Positions 10,419-26,572 of a stretch of DNA of 64,000 nt are shown here, one piece after another (within the stretch, counting starts at the first letter, position 1; every line of letters begins with the position of its first letter). The notes beneath the pieces were generated by a model that searched no databases, was not told where the DNA came from, and worked only from the letters and a program-made list of their open reading frames with translations. Location of the stretch: positions 10,106,001 through 10,170,000 of the forward strand of contig OU015568.1 of assembly GCA_907165135.1 (NCBI GenBank), written 5' to 3'. The position numbers and the translations under genes are program-made. The stretch comes from Oikopleura dioica (taxonomy: Eukaryota; Animalia; Chordata).

Positions 10419-11240
10419 TGCTCTGAAACCAAAAACTTGTTTTATTTCACACGCAAAATTAATTTTAAAATTACGATAATATATATTTCATATTCACTGA
10501 GCAGGACATGTGTTTAATGAAGGAAAGATTGATAAATTTAGACTAAGGAGGATGAAGTTCGATTGATGCTCAAATAATGAATCACCATTTCCGAAATTTT
10601 CCTCAGCGCACTGACATAAAGGATTACTTTCCAGGATAGAAATCAGGAAGAAATTTGGTGTACATGGTAACTTTGATTCTTGGTCTTTAGCTAACAACTG
10701 GCTGTATTTTTTGTCAGGGATTTTGCTTGGTACTCAATTCAATTGAAGAGATATCTTTTTCGTGTATTTTGATTCCAAAATTAGGATCGACAAAGTAAGA
10801 TCGACATGCTTTGACTGTATTTGTTGAACAAAAAAATAGAAACAAAAAAGGATGAATAATAAGTTTTCTACTAAAGGATTTTGCACAGGATTCATCATTA
10901 AAACAAGGAAATAGTAGGAAGTTAATAAGTCATTAGAAAAAGCCTAACCGGACGACCGCACATGGGCACACTTATCTACCACTCCTCACCCAGTCCTCTC
11001 ATGGGGTCATTCGGGGTTGGGAATCTCGGTTTTTAGGAAAAGTTACAACTTAAATTGAGCGAGAAATGGTAATCTTTGAAGCAAGAAGTTGATAAATATA
11101 CTAAATAGAGAAATGAAATTTGACTAATCGAAACAATAAACATCAAAGCATTTAAATGTTCAGAGATGAGAGTAATCAAAGGTATTTCTTGATTTTTAAT
11201 ACGGTAACCGATGATTTAAGCGAGGAGAAGTGCCGACTTT

Positions 11241-14098
<2,858 letters not shown>

Positions 14099-14370
14099 TT
14101 ACTTGAAATTTTTTTTATGAACGAAGATTAGAGTAAATGGCATATATTCGCCCGGATTATATGCAATGTGTCAATTGGAATCTCTTAAAAACCCTCTAAA
14201 ATGCAGACTTTGCAATAATTTTTTTAAGAACCTCTCTGTCCAATTTTTTTTTCTGAAAATCTCTCACCCAGCACCAAAAAATCAATAGCTCGAGCAGATC
14301 AGAACGATGAAATTGCTCCAAAATGAGTCAGACAAGAGAGAGAAAAGTAAATCTCACCGCTGATTGGGCG

Positions 14371-14393
14371 TTTATAAATTTTCTGGAAAGTTC
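14371..14393 (-). promoter_or_regulatory. Heat-shock element plus TATA box upstream of Hsp110
   Basis: TTCtgGAAagTTC (14381-14393) is a 3-unit HSE; TATAAA on the minus strand at 14371-14376 lies immediately gene-proximal. Confidence 0.6.
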
Positions 14394-14663
14394 CAGTAAG
14401 CCCGAGAATATTGAAGATAAATATGGTCCTTTCGTGAGATGATTATTTTCGTAATTTCAAATCGTAAAAGTTTAAATCGACGTTGTTTTTTGAATAATAA
14501 AGTCATGCCCTGGGGAGATCGATACAGTCACTGTGGCATTATTTCAGAAATTTCGAACGGTAACTTTAATTCCATGATTATTACGTAACATCACATGAAT
14601 ATTTTTTATTAATTTTCTTGGCAGTTTTGAAGTGAACAAAAATTCATCTAGAAATCATCAGAT

Positions 14664-17594
14664 TCAGCAGAGCGCCTGCGTAGGAATGGGCATTACAGCA
14701 GTGTACAGTCTGTGTACCGTTTCAAGAACCATTTCCATGAGTTTCTCGTCTTCCTCGCATTCAACCGTGAGTTGTTTCACATTGATCTCTACTTTTTTGT
14801 TGTCTGCGTGCAAAATAATCACATCTAAAAACAGAAAAAGTCAAATCAACAACGATGATCTTTCTCTCTGAAAATCATACCACTATCTTTCGTTTCCTCC
14901 ACTGCTCCGTCTCCATACATCGTTTCTAATAAAATTCTGCACTTCATTTCGAATTTCTCTTGAAGAAACTTTTCTCCCCCTTCTGGATGGATAATTTGAG
15001 GCTAGAAAGAGGTCGGTTTTAGCTTATTTTCTTTTGCTGCCTTTTCTCACCTTGGCAGTGACCTTTGCTTCTGTATCAACTCGAATGACCATGGCTAGGA
15101 CAGAATCAGCGTAAGCATCGGCTGTTGGAGTTGATTTCCACTCAAGAATGACCATGTTATTCGCTTCGTCGAAGACTATTCTGATGCAGCGGAAAACTAT
15201 GAAACCGCATTTCCCATCCCCGCGCTTCACTTTCTTTCGATCTAAAAATCAACTAGTCCTGATCTTGTGCCAGAAAAACAAACCGCATGGATTGCCGAAT
15301 TCTTTCACATCGTAGCTCAACTGTTCCAAGTAAAATTTGAGCAAATCCGCTGGCGCATGGAAGTCGACGGACAATCTTTGCTTCACTTGAGTTGTTTCCA
15401 ATTCAGCGTGCGTTTTTAAATCGTTAGCAGCGACGATTTTGTAGTTGAAATTTTTCTTGACTAGAATTCCTTCGATCTCGTCTTCTTGCTACAATTGATG
15501 TTACTCAGATAAGCTTCGGATAAGCCAAAACCTTTGGCAAGTAATGAGCTAGTGATCCAACGACTTTTGCGTTTTTCTCTCCTCTGAAGTGGAACTTCAC
15601 TTTCTCCGCATTTCTTGGCATGTGAATCGTAATATCCGTTTCTGCATCGTGTTCGTATTCAATATCCAGCTGTCGTTTTAGCCTTCCCATTTCATTTGCT
15701 TCTCCGTGTACCAGCACGATATGTGGCGGTTTTATTTCACGCACGAATTCTATCAGCGTTTTAGCTCAAAACTAAAGCTTAAAAATTTCATACCCGAAAT
15801 TTGCCTGTAATCAGCGTGAGCTGAAAATGACATGTATTCAACTTGCATTTTCAGCGGCAGCTTTTGGCCGGAAAGGGTCGTAATTTCATCAGGTTCAGTT
15901 TTAATTTGATGAGCGAGCGTTCCTAATAGACGAAATTAATAGATTATGCGGTGTTGAGTCGGCCGGATATTACCTTCAACCGCGTAGCCCGCGAGAATAA
16001 CCCCGTTTCTTTTGTTCGTACACCACTTTTCAAACAGTTCGCGACTGAGGCCAGACTGCATCATTCCAGGCGACGCTAGAACTACAGATGGGCCGATATC
16101 ATCATCGAATTGTTCCATTCCTAAACCAGATGAGCTCTTTTTTGGCCATATGAGAAAATACCTTTCAAATTCGAAATATGTCTAAACTGAAAAGGATTCC
16201 TCGTTGTTATTGCTTTTTGAATTTTCGAATTCATCGCGTTTGTGTATGTCTGATATACACTCATGCACTTCTTTGCCAAAGTCGAGGCGTAGTAAATTGG
16301 AATATCGTGCAGCTCCGAGTGCTGTGCCCAGTAGTCGTCCAAAATCAACAACAGCTCTTGAGCTCTTCCGAGGGCGAAGACTGGAATCAGACATCGACCA
16401 CCTCTGTTGATGATGTCGTGAATGACGGAGGTAAATCTATGTTCTCTTTCTTCTCGCTTTTCGTGCAAATGCGTCCCGTATGTACTTTCCATGATCAAAA
16501 TATCAGGCTTTTGTGGCGGCACTTCCGCAGCCATAAGATGTCTGTCTTCTTCCCTCGAAAAATCACCAGTGAATAGAACCTTGACTCCGGCAATTTCAAC
16601 CATAAACTGCGCGGCGCCAAGGACGTGGCCAGCATGGTAAGCGCAGAATTTTATGCCGTTGACATTTTTTTCTGCGTGAAACTTCACTGTTTCGATTCTA
16701 TCAAGAGTTTCTTCAAGATCTTTTTCTGTGAAGAGAAGTTCTTCTACTCCAACATTTGACACTAACAGGTTTCAAATAAGTCGGACATAAATTGGTGGAG
16801 CGATTTTGAAAGTGTTAGAGTCGAGATATTTCGATTCTCTCTTTTGCACCATGTTGGGGAGGGTCTGATGTGTGTTAAATAAGATTTTGGTGTCATTTGA
16901 ATATGTGGAGGTGGTGTAATGACGTCACAAAGTTGATAGTGCCCTTCTATAATGCATTTTCATGACGTCATAACTCCACCACCATAAATGTTATTGACAC
17001 CAATTCTTCTTAAAATATGTAAACTTATATCCGGCTACAGTCTGCAAGTTACAGATCGTAATTATCTTAACCCAATCAAAAGTTACAGACATCGTATGTC
17101 CGACTTATTTGAAGCCTGTTACTTTCAAAGGTTTTATTAAATTTCGATTTTAAAGTAGCCAAAATGATTATTTTCAACCCTTTGCCTTTAATATAATCTG
17201 ACAGAAGCCACCTGTAGATAGCTTTTGTCGCGTAAGTCATGAAAACACGCCCTTTGAACTGCGTTTTTGTCAAAAACCACGGCAAACCACCACAATGGTC
17301 CAAATGAAAATGACTGATTAACAGAATATCGATTTTGTCTGGTTCTGTATAATCCATGAATGGCAGACCGTTCAATCCGTTGATGCCTGGGTGGATGCCC
17401 ATGTCTTTTCATGAGTTCGAAAAATGCTTCTTTGAGAACATATTCAACTCCTTGTTTTATTAGAATGCTGCTAGAACTCTAACTAATAAAATTTTCTTGC
17501 CCTTGAATTCAATCAAATGACAGGAGCGGCCGACTTCTTGCCCAGCTCCCAACATGGTAATAACCAGCTCTTCATCTGGATTATTATCAGCCAT
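14664..17594 (-). CDS. CPSF3: CPSF73 endonuclease (multi-exon; GC-AG intron 16762-17185)
   Basis: [65 protein letters not shown]. Confidence 0.96.
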
Positions 17595-17795
17595 TTTTTT
17601 CTATAATTATTTCCTTTATTCTCACCAGTTTTACGAATACGATACGGTATTTGAAAATCACATAAATATAGAGAGGAAATTGAGGTTGCTTTTTCGAACT
17701 AAATGGAATGTTGCAAGCTAGAAGGCAGGGAGTGATAAAAAAAGGAAAAATGGTGGAGAAAATAGTGATGGGATGATGATAGAAGTGGTTCATTC

Positions 17796-19159
17796 TTAGA
17801 TGACATCACATTCGTCCAAGTGCTTGAGAAGTAGAGCGTGCTGAGAGACCGGCCATTTCTTCCCACAGTTTTCGCAGCTGAAGAATTACATATTTTTGAA
17901 CATATTCAGATGATTACTTTTCATTTTATCAAATGTAATTATGTTATGAAAAACCCCGCTTATAAGGTCTGCACTGGCCTACTTTTTTATGGACATAATC
18001 TGCTTTCTGCTGCCCCTCAATCAAGAAAAATCAATAGAACTAACCTGATCGCAGTCGTGTCAACAGATCTTCTCGATTTAGTGCTCTTTGGATCAAGCGG
18101 CTTCAGAATCGTATCTGGTCTATAAACTTCCACACCGAGCGATCGACGATCATTGATTTTTGCACGATTTGGCAGGGGTGGGATCGGAGGTGCTCTTTTT
18201 GCCTTGCTTCTGCGTGTTGTCACTTTTGATGTATCTGTCGCGTTTGATGATGTACTTCGTGCTGTGTTTTGACCAGATTGAATGGTGATCTTGTCGAGTT
18301 TGCGAGACATTTTGTCCATTTTTTCTTCGATCGCCGTTGGCTCCGGAGCAGTTTGATTCCTTCAAAAATAATAAGCAAACAGTTCCAGAATTACATTCTT
18401 ACCATTTTGAGGAGCGATCATGTTCAAGAAATCTGTTCAAATTCTGATTCACCGTTTCTAAGTTCGATATTTCAACCTCGAGTTTTTCATTTTTCTGATT
18501 CGCGTTGTATAGCAATTTTTGCTCGAGCTTGAGTTGCTCTTGAGCTTCCTTGAGTCGCGCTAGTAAATCTTCATTGAGTTCTTCTTTTCGTTTGATTTCA
18601 TTTCGAGCATTTGCAAGATGCACGTCCGCTTTTCTTTGTGTTTCTTCTGCTAATTGTTTCTTGAAAAAAATGAGATAAGGAAGGGTGTTGGTCTTTACCT
18701 GATTGTTTTTGAGTGTTTCGATACTTGCTACGGCGTTGCTAAGTTCATTTGTAGTTGAGTGATATTTTGCCGTAAGTTCTTGAACAAATATTTCTCGCTG
18801 ATCATTGTAAGCAACCCAGTCTCTGTTCATGTTTTCGATTTGCACCAGACGCTCAATGAGTTCCTCTTTTGTCAGATTTGCGTGATCATTGAAGCTAGTG
18901 AAATCATTTGTTGGTCCCTTTTCTTTATTGATACTCATGCTAACCTGGTTCTGCTGTCCGCTGGAGCAGTTGGCTCCAGGGTTCGATCTTCATCCGTGAT
19001 GCTCAATTTGCTCTGTCTGGGCGCAGGGGTAGGCACATTCTTGAAATTCTCAGACGCCTTTCGTTTCAGCGAGGCCATTCGCTCCTCATTTGCCAATGCT
19101 CTCATCCTCAGCGCATCCGCCTCTTTCGCGAGTGTCTCTAACATAGCACTATTCGACAT
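17796..19159 (-). CDS. CEP55: CEP55-like coiled-coil protein with EABR motif and C-terminal zinc finger
   Basis: NRDWVAYNDQREIFVQEL matches the EABR pattern; last exon CENCGKKWPVSQHALLLKHLDEC matches the CEP55-type zinc finger. Confidence 0.7.
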
Positions 19160-19269
19160 TTCGGCTCTAAAAACGGAAAAATAGACGACGCATTATTCAC
19201 GGGAGCAGTGATCCGACAGGGAAAATAAGCTCTATCAATCTGAGCAGGCGCAAAAGGGAGTTTTCTTCT

Positions 19270-19513
19270 CTATCGGCCGTCGAAGACGATCAATCGTCGG
19301 GTTCGCTTTTTGTAGAGGATTCGGTAGCCGCATTCTCGGCATCGGACGGGGTCCTGAAAGAAAACCATAGTTCTAGAGATTAGAGAGAGACATTATTACC
19401 TTTGGCTTGACTTCCTGGTTGAAGTGACATTCACCGCAAATGTATTCCATCGTTCGAGGCCCTTCGTCAAGGGTTAACCCGCGGCCGGGGGTGGCCCCAC
19501 CTTGCATCGACAT
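19270..19513 (-). CDS. POLR2K: RNA polymerase subunit RPB12 (2 exons)
   Basis: [40 protein letters not shown]. Confidence 0.95.
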
Positions 19514-19746
19514 TCTTATTGTTAAAAAGTCAGCAAAAATAATTTGGAGATGGTAATCAATCCAATATAAGTTATATTGAACCAGTTGAAAAATATCAGT
19601 AAGAAACAGAAAATATTATTATGAAAGAAAGGGCTTGCAGACAGAAAATAGAGAAGAAGAGGTAAAATGGATTATAATAGGCAAAATTCGGATTTAAAAG
19701 GCACAAAGATAAAGACAGGATTTAGCATGCGAGGGGTTTCTAGTTT

Positions 19747-20572
19747 TTAGCTGTTCTGCATGCATTTGAGCATCTGCTGAGCGACGAGTTTGTCAATTTC
19801 TCCCTTGTTCAAGTGGAACGTCTTCGGTTTCACTCCTTTAGGCTTGTTGAACTCGAGACGGAACTCCTGAAAAATAAAAATCAGCCAATCAGAATCAGAA
19901 TTAACATCATCGCGCTTTGCAATCAAGGAGGAAAATAACTTATTCGTTATTGATTACCTTTTTGAGTCTTTGTGCGGATTCTTCTAGCATCTCGAGCGAA
20001 ATATTTTGAAAGAGTAACTCTAGCTTCGCTTGTTCACCAAATGTCATATTTTCAGCATTCATCGATTTTCGCAAGGCGTTGCGGAATTGTTTCTGGTCCG
20101 CGACGCACGTGAGCTTTTTCAAATCGGAAAGACTCTTGTCTGCCAAGAACTTTCGAGTAGGAAGGGAGAGCCGTTGGAAGTCTTTTTTCGAGGGAGGGCT
20201 GAGAAAATTCGGCAAGATTTCTTTGAAAGCGTGGACGGTGGTTAGCTCTGACGAAAGAAGTGAATCTGGTTTGGAAGTATTTCCGTTTGAAGCGCCACAT
20301 TCGCTAGCGCGAAGTATTGCGGCCAAGACAAGTCTCATAACGATAATGCTGGCGATAATTGAGTTGCAGTCAGCCATGGACAGTGTTTCTTTGTGTGTGT
20401 TGAGTAAGTGACCGATGGAGTAAAATGTCTGAGAGTAGAGAATGGTCGGGTTCGAAAGCTCGATTTCCACGAGCTTTGCTCGACACGCTGCGGATAAGGG
20501 ATAGAGCTGGAAGATTGGATGATTTTGAAGAGCGGCGTCATCAGATGGCGTTGCCGCTTTTTTAGGTGCCAC
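19747..20572 (-). CDS. Hypothetical protein (may be the 3' part of the upstream SH3 gene)
   Basis: 210-aa ORF ending at a GTAATC donor, plus a terminal exon EFRLEFNKPKG..MQNS*. Confidence 0.45.
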
Positions 20573-20579
20573 GGCCTCT

Positions 20580-23030
20580 GGGGGCTAAATTCGTTGTTGA
20601 AACTTTTATTTTCAAATTATTTCTACCTTGTCGTTCAGATCAAGAATCGCGGCCAAAACATCTGATTCTGCTAGATGAGGACGAAGCGCTACTTTTTTGG
20701 CTAGCTCGGTTTGCTGTTTCACAAACTCAATTTTCTCCGCCCTTGACATGGGCTTTGAAGGATCAATTTTCTTCTTTGGAGTTGAGCTCTAAAAATGTAT
20801 TGATCAAATATCAATCAAAATAATATCACTTTTGGCAGCTCTCCTTGGGACTGAATTGACTTCATTGATCTCATCGTTGAATCAGAAACTAGACGCCTTC
20901 TCGGGTCCATCGTTTGAATCGCTTTTTGTCGAGCGAACTCTTCTTTGAGATGACGAGGAATGTAAAGCTTTCCATTTTTACGAATGAATTTTATTCCTGT
21001 GAACTGACTCGGGTCGATCTTGGCCGACTTGTCTACGATTGTTCCAGTCGAACGATTCGATTTCAAAGTGGATCTGTTGACTGTGGAATGAACTGATCGA
21101 TTTGGCACATACTGGGTTGGTCTTCGTGGGATTACTGGCTCGGATCTCCTGACAGGCTTGTCGGGTATCTTGTAGATCGGTTTTTGCGATTTTGGCAGCG
21201 GGGCAATGATTCGCTTCGGTTTGCCTTTTTCTGAGATCCAGCTTGGGAGCTTGTGGACATGGTCATTTTTCTGAAATCCATGGCCCTTCGTTTTAGGATT
21301 CTTGGCGTCCTTCTTATTCCAAGGAAAAGTCATTTCCTCCATCACAGGCTTGCCCCACTTTGCTGGAACTGACCCTTTGTGGCCTTCGATGACCGGTTTC
21401 GCCCAGCGAGGACCGGGTTCTTTGATAATTTTGCGGTTTTCATATTCTGTTATCGCATCGCTTTTGGTAGTAAGTCCTCGTCGGGAGAGCTCAGAATAAT
21501 CGGGCTCTGACCGATAAGTGTTGTTGTTATTGCTGCTGCGTCGATATTGTAAGTCTGGAAGTGGCTCGATCTCGTCAGCATACTCATCGTCGTATTCTTC
21601 CTCGTAATGAGCTTGATTCATTTCGTATTCGTACTGCTCGATCTCGTCCATTGGATATTCTTCTCCTTCGGAATTGTACTCTTCATAATCGTCTGGAACG
21701 TACTGATCGCGAAAATGAAAGGAATTCGTCTCGTCTATTAATAAAATTAAAGAAAAGACAAAATGATGATCATGTTACCTAGGTGAAAATTTTCATCGAC
21801 CTCTTCAAAGTCTTCAAGAATTGAATCATCTTCAGCAAACTCATAATACTGGTTCAATTCTTCCATCTTCATCGCTGGCGTCACTGGCGGCTTACTCGGA
21901 AGTGATGGGCTTGCTACTCGACCCTGATCTCGGAAGTACTCGTCGTCATTGTAAAAATGATCTTGATCACGTCGATCTGGTGATGGAGTCCGCGTCTCGC
22001 GACGTGACGGCATGGATTCTTCAGATCGAGAAATAGAAACAGTTTTTTGAGCTGGCGGAGGGTTCGCTGGCTTTCGTTCCTCGGGGAGGGACGGCTTTCT
22101 TTCTGGGGACAGTGACGGAATCGTCACTAGAGAATGCTATCGAAGCTTACAAAAGATCTTTAAACCTGATGATACGAATCGTTTCTTGTCTTGAGATGAC
22201 TTCTTTTCTGTAGATCTGCCTCGTGTTTCTTCAGTAACGAGAGGTGAAAAGGGTTTCGGAACACGATTTGTTGGATCCTTTGGTTTCGCCTTGTCATCTG
22301 CGACGCTTAGACGATTTGCACCCTTTCGATCTGGGCTTGGATTTCGTAAGATGGACGTGAGAGAGCCCGTCCAAGCGCCCGAGCTTCGTTTGATCTGATT
22401 TTTATCCTGTTCCGGGGGTGCAAAATTAGCTTCACTTATACCCTCCGTATCGTCTTCTGAAAGAGAGAGATCCTCGTCCCCAGATTCTGATTGGCTTGTC
22501 AATGTCAATGTTTCAGAGTCACCTAAAGCCGTATGTTAATGATCCTTTGTACCCCTGTTCCTTGAATCTAAACGACTTCCATGGCTCAAAAAACTGCCAC
22601 GAGTTTTCGCCCCACTTTAGTCGATTCTTAAGTTTCCTATGAGCGCGCGATGGCTTTCGCCGCTTTCCAGCTGCTTTTGGACGGCTCTTCATCATTTCGA
22701 CATATTTATGAAAGCCACCAGGAGTGTAGTGCACTTTCGAGCTTTTCTTACTTTTGATGCTACCTTCTGTTTCGTCTGATACGCCGCCAGTGTATGGCTT
22801 TGTGAAGTTTGTCGGGAAGCAATTCGTTGGACCGTATTCCTTATTTCTTGTTGATATCAAGGAAGAGAAGGGAATCCTACCTCTCCATTTCTTTTAATTT
22901 TGACTCCAATGGCCCAACCATCCTCAATTTCTTCTTTGAGAAGAATCAAGTCTCCCTTTTTCATGGAAAGCTCATCGACCTGCTGCGGCTCGTAATCATG
23001 AAGGACAATTAACTTCCCCCCGACAGTCAT
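20580..23030 (-). CDS. N-terminal SH3-domain protein with long low-complexity region (multi-exon)
   Basis: VLHDYEPQQVDELSMKKGD..EDGWAIG..GPTNCFPTNFTKPY is an SH3 pattern; downstream ORFs 22519-22860, 22137-22508, 21747-22127 and 20815-21651 are separated by short introns. Confidence 0.65.
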
Positions 23031-23113
23031 TTCTTATGAATTATATAAATAATATGTGCTGAAACGCTTTTTTATTTGAGGAATAATTTAACATGTGTAA
23101 TGCAGGAAGTTGA

Positions 23114-24071
23114 TCAGGATGAAGTCGACATTTTTGACCATTTCTGATCGTCGTAGCGCGGGATAGCTCCGGTGAGATTGAAGATGACTTTCTCGACCTT
23201 CCGCCAGAATTGAATGTGCTCTAAGTTGTGTCATAATAACTTTCAAGTGACGAACGATATCTTACCAAATAGCGGATCTAACCATCCGACAGTGATACAG
23301 TAGTAATTGGAGTGGGGGCGAACATGATGAATTCGATGATGATTCGGTGGTAGAATAAGCCAACATTTTTGGAGAAATCGGACAAAAGAAGACACGCCCC
23401 GATGAGTATGAGAGAGCTGAAAAAATGGTTATTTTTCTTCAGAGTCTTTGAAGCGAGTATACTTTGTGAAATTCATTTGTGAATCCAACAAACACTGCCA
23501 TCGTCAAATGCATCAGATCGAACGCTCCATCAATATCGGGTTTGTTTCCCATCATAAAATTGAAGAAACTGATAGAAAGCGTCGGAATCATGAGACTGAA
23601 AGTGTCCGCATTGGTTTCAACAAAATCATGCTGACACATGGCAGTAGCATCGATGTGATGCTCGCGAAACGGGCGAATCAACCTTATATTATATTCAATT
23701 TCGAGATAAATTAATAATCTCTTACGCTGGACCAAGGACAGGAGTATCAACGCTGAAGTACGTATCAGCACCCCAGTGAACAAGGCCGGAAAAGAAATCC
23801 GCAATAACAATGCCTGTTATAACCGCGAAGACATTTTTGATCAAGAATGAAGTGTCCCAATTTTGTTCGGCCAACGTTGAAAAGGTAAAGTAAGCCTGGA
23901 TTCCTATAAGACTGCAAGCAAGAGCCAGTCCAATTATTTCCTGTCGTCTTTTCGCCGGTGTGTATAGTTCCTTAGAATAATCGTAAAACTAGAGAGATAA
24001 GGAGCCTCTCTCACCTTCAACTGCTTCTTTCGTTCAACAACATTCAATTTTTCAGGTCGATATTCTTCCAT
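23114..24071 (-). CDS. PEDS1: Plasmanylethanolamine desaturase (TMEM189/Kua family)
   Basis: RPFREHHID..HDFVETNAD; FTNEFHK..SH; HHRIHHVRPH..YYCITVGWL. Confidence 0.9.
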
Positions 24072-24093
24072 TATCTCTCTTTCAAAAAATCAA

Positions 24094-24865
24094 CTAGGTC
24101 ATCCGCGGTCCGTGACTCAGCCAGAAAATGCGACGGAGACATGTTTGGCCGCTCTTTGCTCGATTTATTTGCATTCTGAATTTGGTAACCATCACACCAC
24201 TATTTGCTGAATATTAGTAAAGAACTGGTTTAATTGCGCTCTCACGAACTTTCTAGCATAGAAATAGTTGCTTTATTCAGCTCCATGTTTGATAAAATGA
24301 GAGCTTTTTCACGCTTTAGCTCTCTCATTTCTTTCTGGATTTCGCGCATTATAACTTTTTGCTTTTCTACGAACCATTCTCGCAAAACTCTAAAATGAGC
24401 TTCAGAAATGAAGTCTGCTTGTTTTGCTTACAAAAATGGCACGACGCAAATCGGAATCATCAAAGCAATGAGCAGAATTGAAAGTTCATTTATGTTCCTT
24501 GCCATAAACTTGTCCACAGGATTGAGACCCGCGCCCGTCGTCTTTTGAACTTCGCCTGTCTTCAAATATTGAATGATCGCCTCTTTCGTCTAAAATACAG
24601 GATTTCAAGCCGACAATTATTTGACTAGGATTACCTCGTCGAAGACAAGGTCTGTATTAATATATTCTTTGTACAAATTCGGGAAGGACTTTTCCAAAAC
24701 GAGAAGATCTGACCGTGTCGCTCCGTACATCATCGAATCTTCACTGTCGTAGGATTGTAAGTATTTCAATGTGACTTTCTGGCTCGGCTTGACTGAAACA
24801 TTGTACTTTTTCAAGCGCAAATGACGCATTTGATAACCAACTCCCCGGTTCAAATTTGCTAGCAT
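24094..24865 (-). CDS. Hypothetical single-TM protein, possibly mitochondrial (multi-exon)
   Basis: Spliceable ORFs with a basic N-terminus, a hydrophobic LSILLIALMIPICVVPFL segment and a following coiled coil. Confidence 0.45.
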
Positions 24866-25032
24866 TCTTTTGGAAAATCAAAATTATGTATTTTAGTCAA
24901 GTGGACAATAAGTTAATTAATTAAATAAAAACAGTATTTCAATAAGTTGGTAATAAAAAATAAGTGAAGTTCTGAAGAACAAATTTGTAGTAGTCTAGGC
25001 AAAGATGAAAAAAGTCTGTATGGTCATGGTTT

Positions 25033-25559
25033 TTATTTAAAGAAGATTGCGGCCCCAACGAGGAAGGCTCCAAGCCCTGATAAGCTCATCGATTTATTCA
25101 CTTTGAAAAACTGGTTCATCTGGTTTGTTGTGGGAAGATCGCGACGACGGAGTTCATCGTCGAGCTGACGACGGGCGGATCGAGCGTCGCGTTTGAGCTG
25201 TTTTTTGTCAACGTCATCGAGAAATCCGCCCTTATCAGCTTTGAGAAATATTATTGCAAAGCACACGAACCTGATTAGCGGCGGTAGCGATTATAAGGGT
25301 GCCTCCAACGAGTATCATTGTCTGTTTCGACTGACGACCAACAACTGCTCCTAGTAAAGCTCCACATGGAATTCCAACGAGAAGCTGCTGCTCTAAATGG
25401 TCATTAGAAATTCGATGACGTTTAAAAAGTCTTACCAAGGGGCAGCGGCTCTACTGGCTTATCCATTGCGTTGCTAATTTCGTCGTCGATTCTATCAGCA
25501 AGATCATCAGCGGCTTCAGAAGCCTTTCTCGCTAGCTTGGACAAACTATCGATAACCAT
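25033..25559 (-). CDS. FUNDC1: FUN14-domain mitochondrial outer membrane protein
   Basis: QLLVGIPCGALLGAVVGR..LVGGTLII; DKKQLKRDARSARRQL; terminal SGLGAFLVGAA. Confidence 0.6.
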
Positions 25560-25614
25560 TTTTTCTGAAAAGAAATAAAGCTACATTGAGAAATGTAAAT
25601 TTACAATGGCAAAT

Positions 25615-26493
25615 TTATGATGCCACAGGCTTAAACTTTCGCTCCTGCTTCATTCTGTTGATCTTCTTCTTATCTTCCTCGAACTTTTTCCTCATTTCCA
25701 CGATCTTGTTTTTCTTGCTCTCGCGTATTTGGAAAGAGTAAAAATTCAACTGAAAGAGCAAATGTTACGACTGACCAAAGCGAAATCCAATTCACCTGTT
25801 GATCCTTCTTTCGCTTTTTAGCGACCTTCTTTTTCATCTCATTTTGCTCCGCTTCAGTCAAACGCACGAATTTCTTTTTGCCAGCGACTTGCCAGCCATC
25901 TTCTGCTTCCATCTCCTCTTCGGTCTTTTTTTCGTCGAAATTTGCCATGAACTCGTTAATTTCAGCTTAAAAAGCTCTTACTTTTTGAATGAAAAAATAT
26001 TTTCCATACTTTGAAGCTTCTTTATATCAGGGAAAGACTGGTTGTACTCTGCGCAGAAAAGTGGGTAACCAGTAATTACAGTATGCTCGACTGTACTCGC
26101 GTACATTGTCTTCGTCTTCTTAGCATTCGCGGTTTTCTTGAGCTTTTCTATCGACGCCTCTTCAGCGTAGACAATATATGCCACTACAAAACGATCAAAT
26201 TCTATCGAATAAATGCTTTACAGACCTGAAAATCTATTTCGCGTATCTTCCTCCTCTTCAGGTTTCTTTCCCGGCTTGAGTTGAAGTTGAATGTCTTGGA
26301 TCTTTCCAAATCGCACGAAATTGGCTTTGATGCTATTCTTTGGGCACCATGGGGGAATATTGCAGACAATGATAGTACGCCCAGTGGGCCTATGAGCCTC
26401 TTCGACTCTTGTTTTGTGCTCTCGGATGAACAAAGTATGCCCGCCTTCGGATTTCTCGTCAAACTTGATAGCGAACGTCAACGAGTCCGACAT
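25615..26493 (-). CDS. RRP7A: Ribosome biogenesis protein RRP7A
   Basis: GRTIIVCNIPPWC RRM start; VAYIVY; EDGWQVAGKK; FYSFQIRESKK..RKKFEEDK. Confidence 0.8.
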
Positions 26494-26572
26494 TTGACTA
26501 ATCTGAAAATAGAGACTGTTTCTACTATTTGCTACATATTTATGCCACATTCGATTCGAAACAGTGAGCCAT

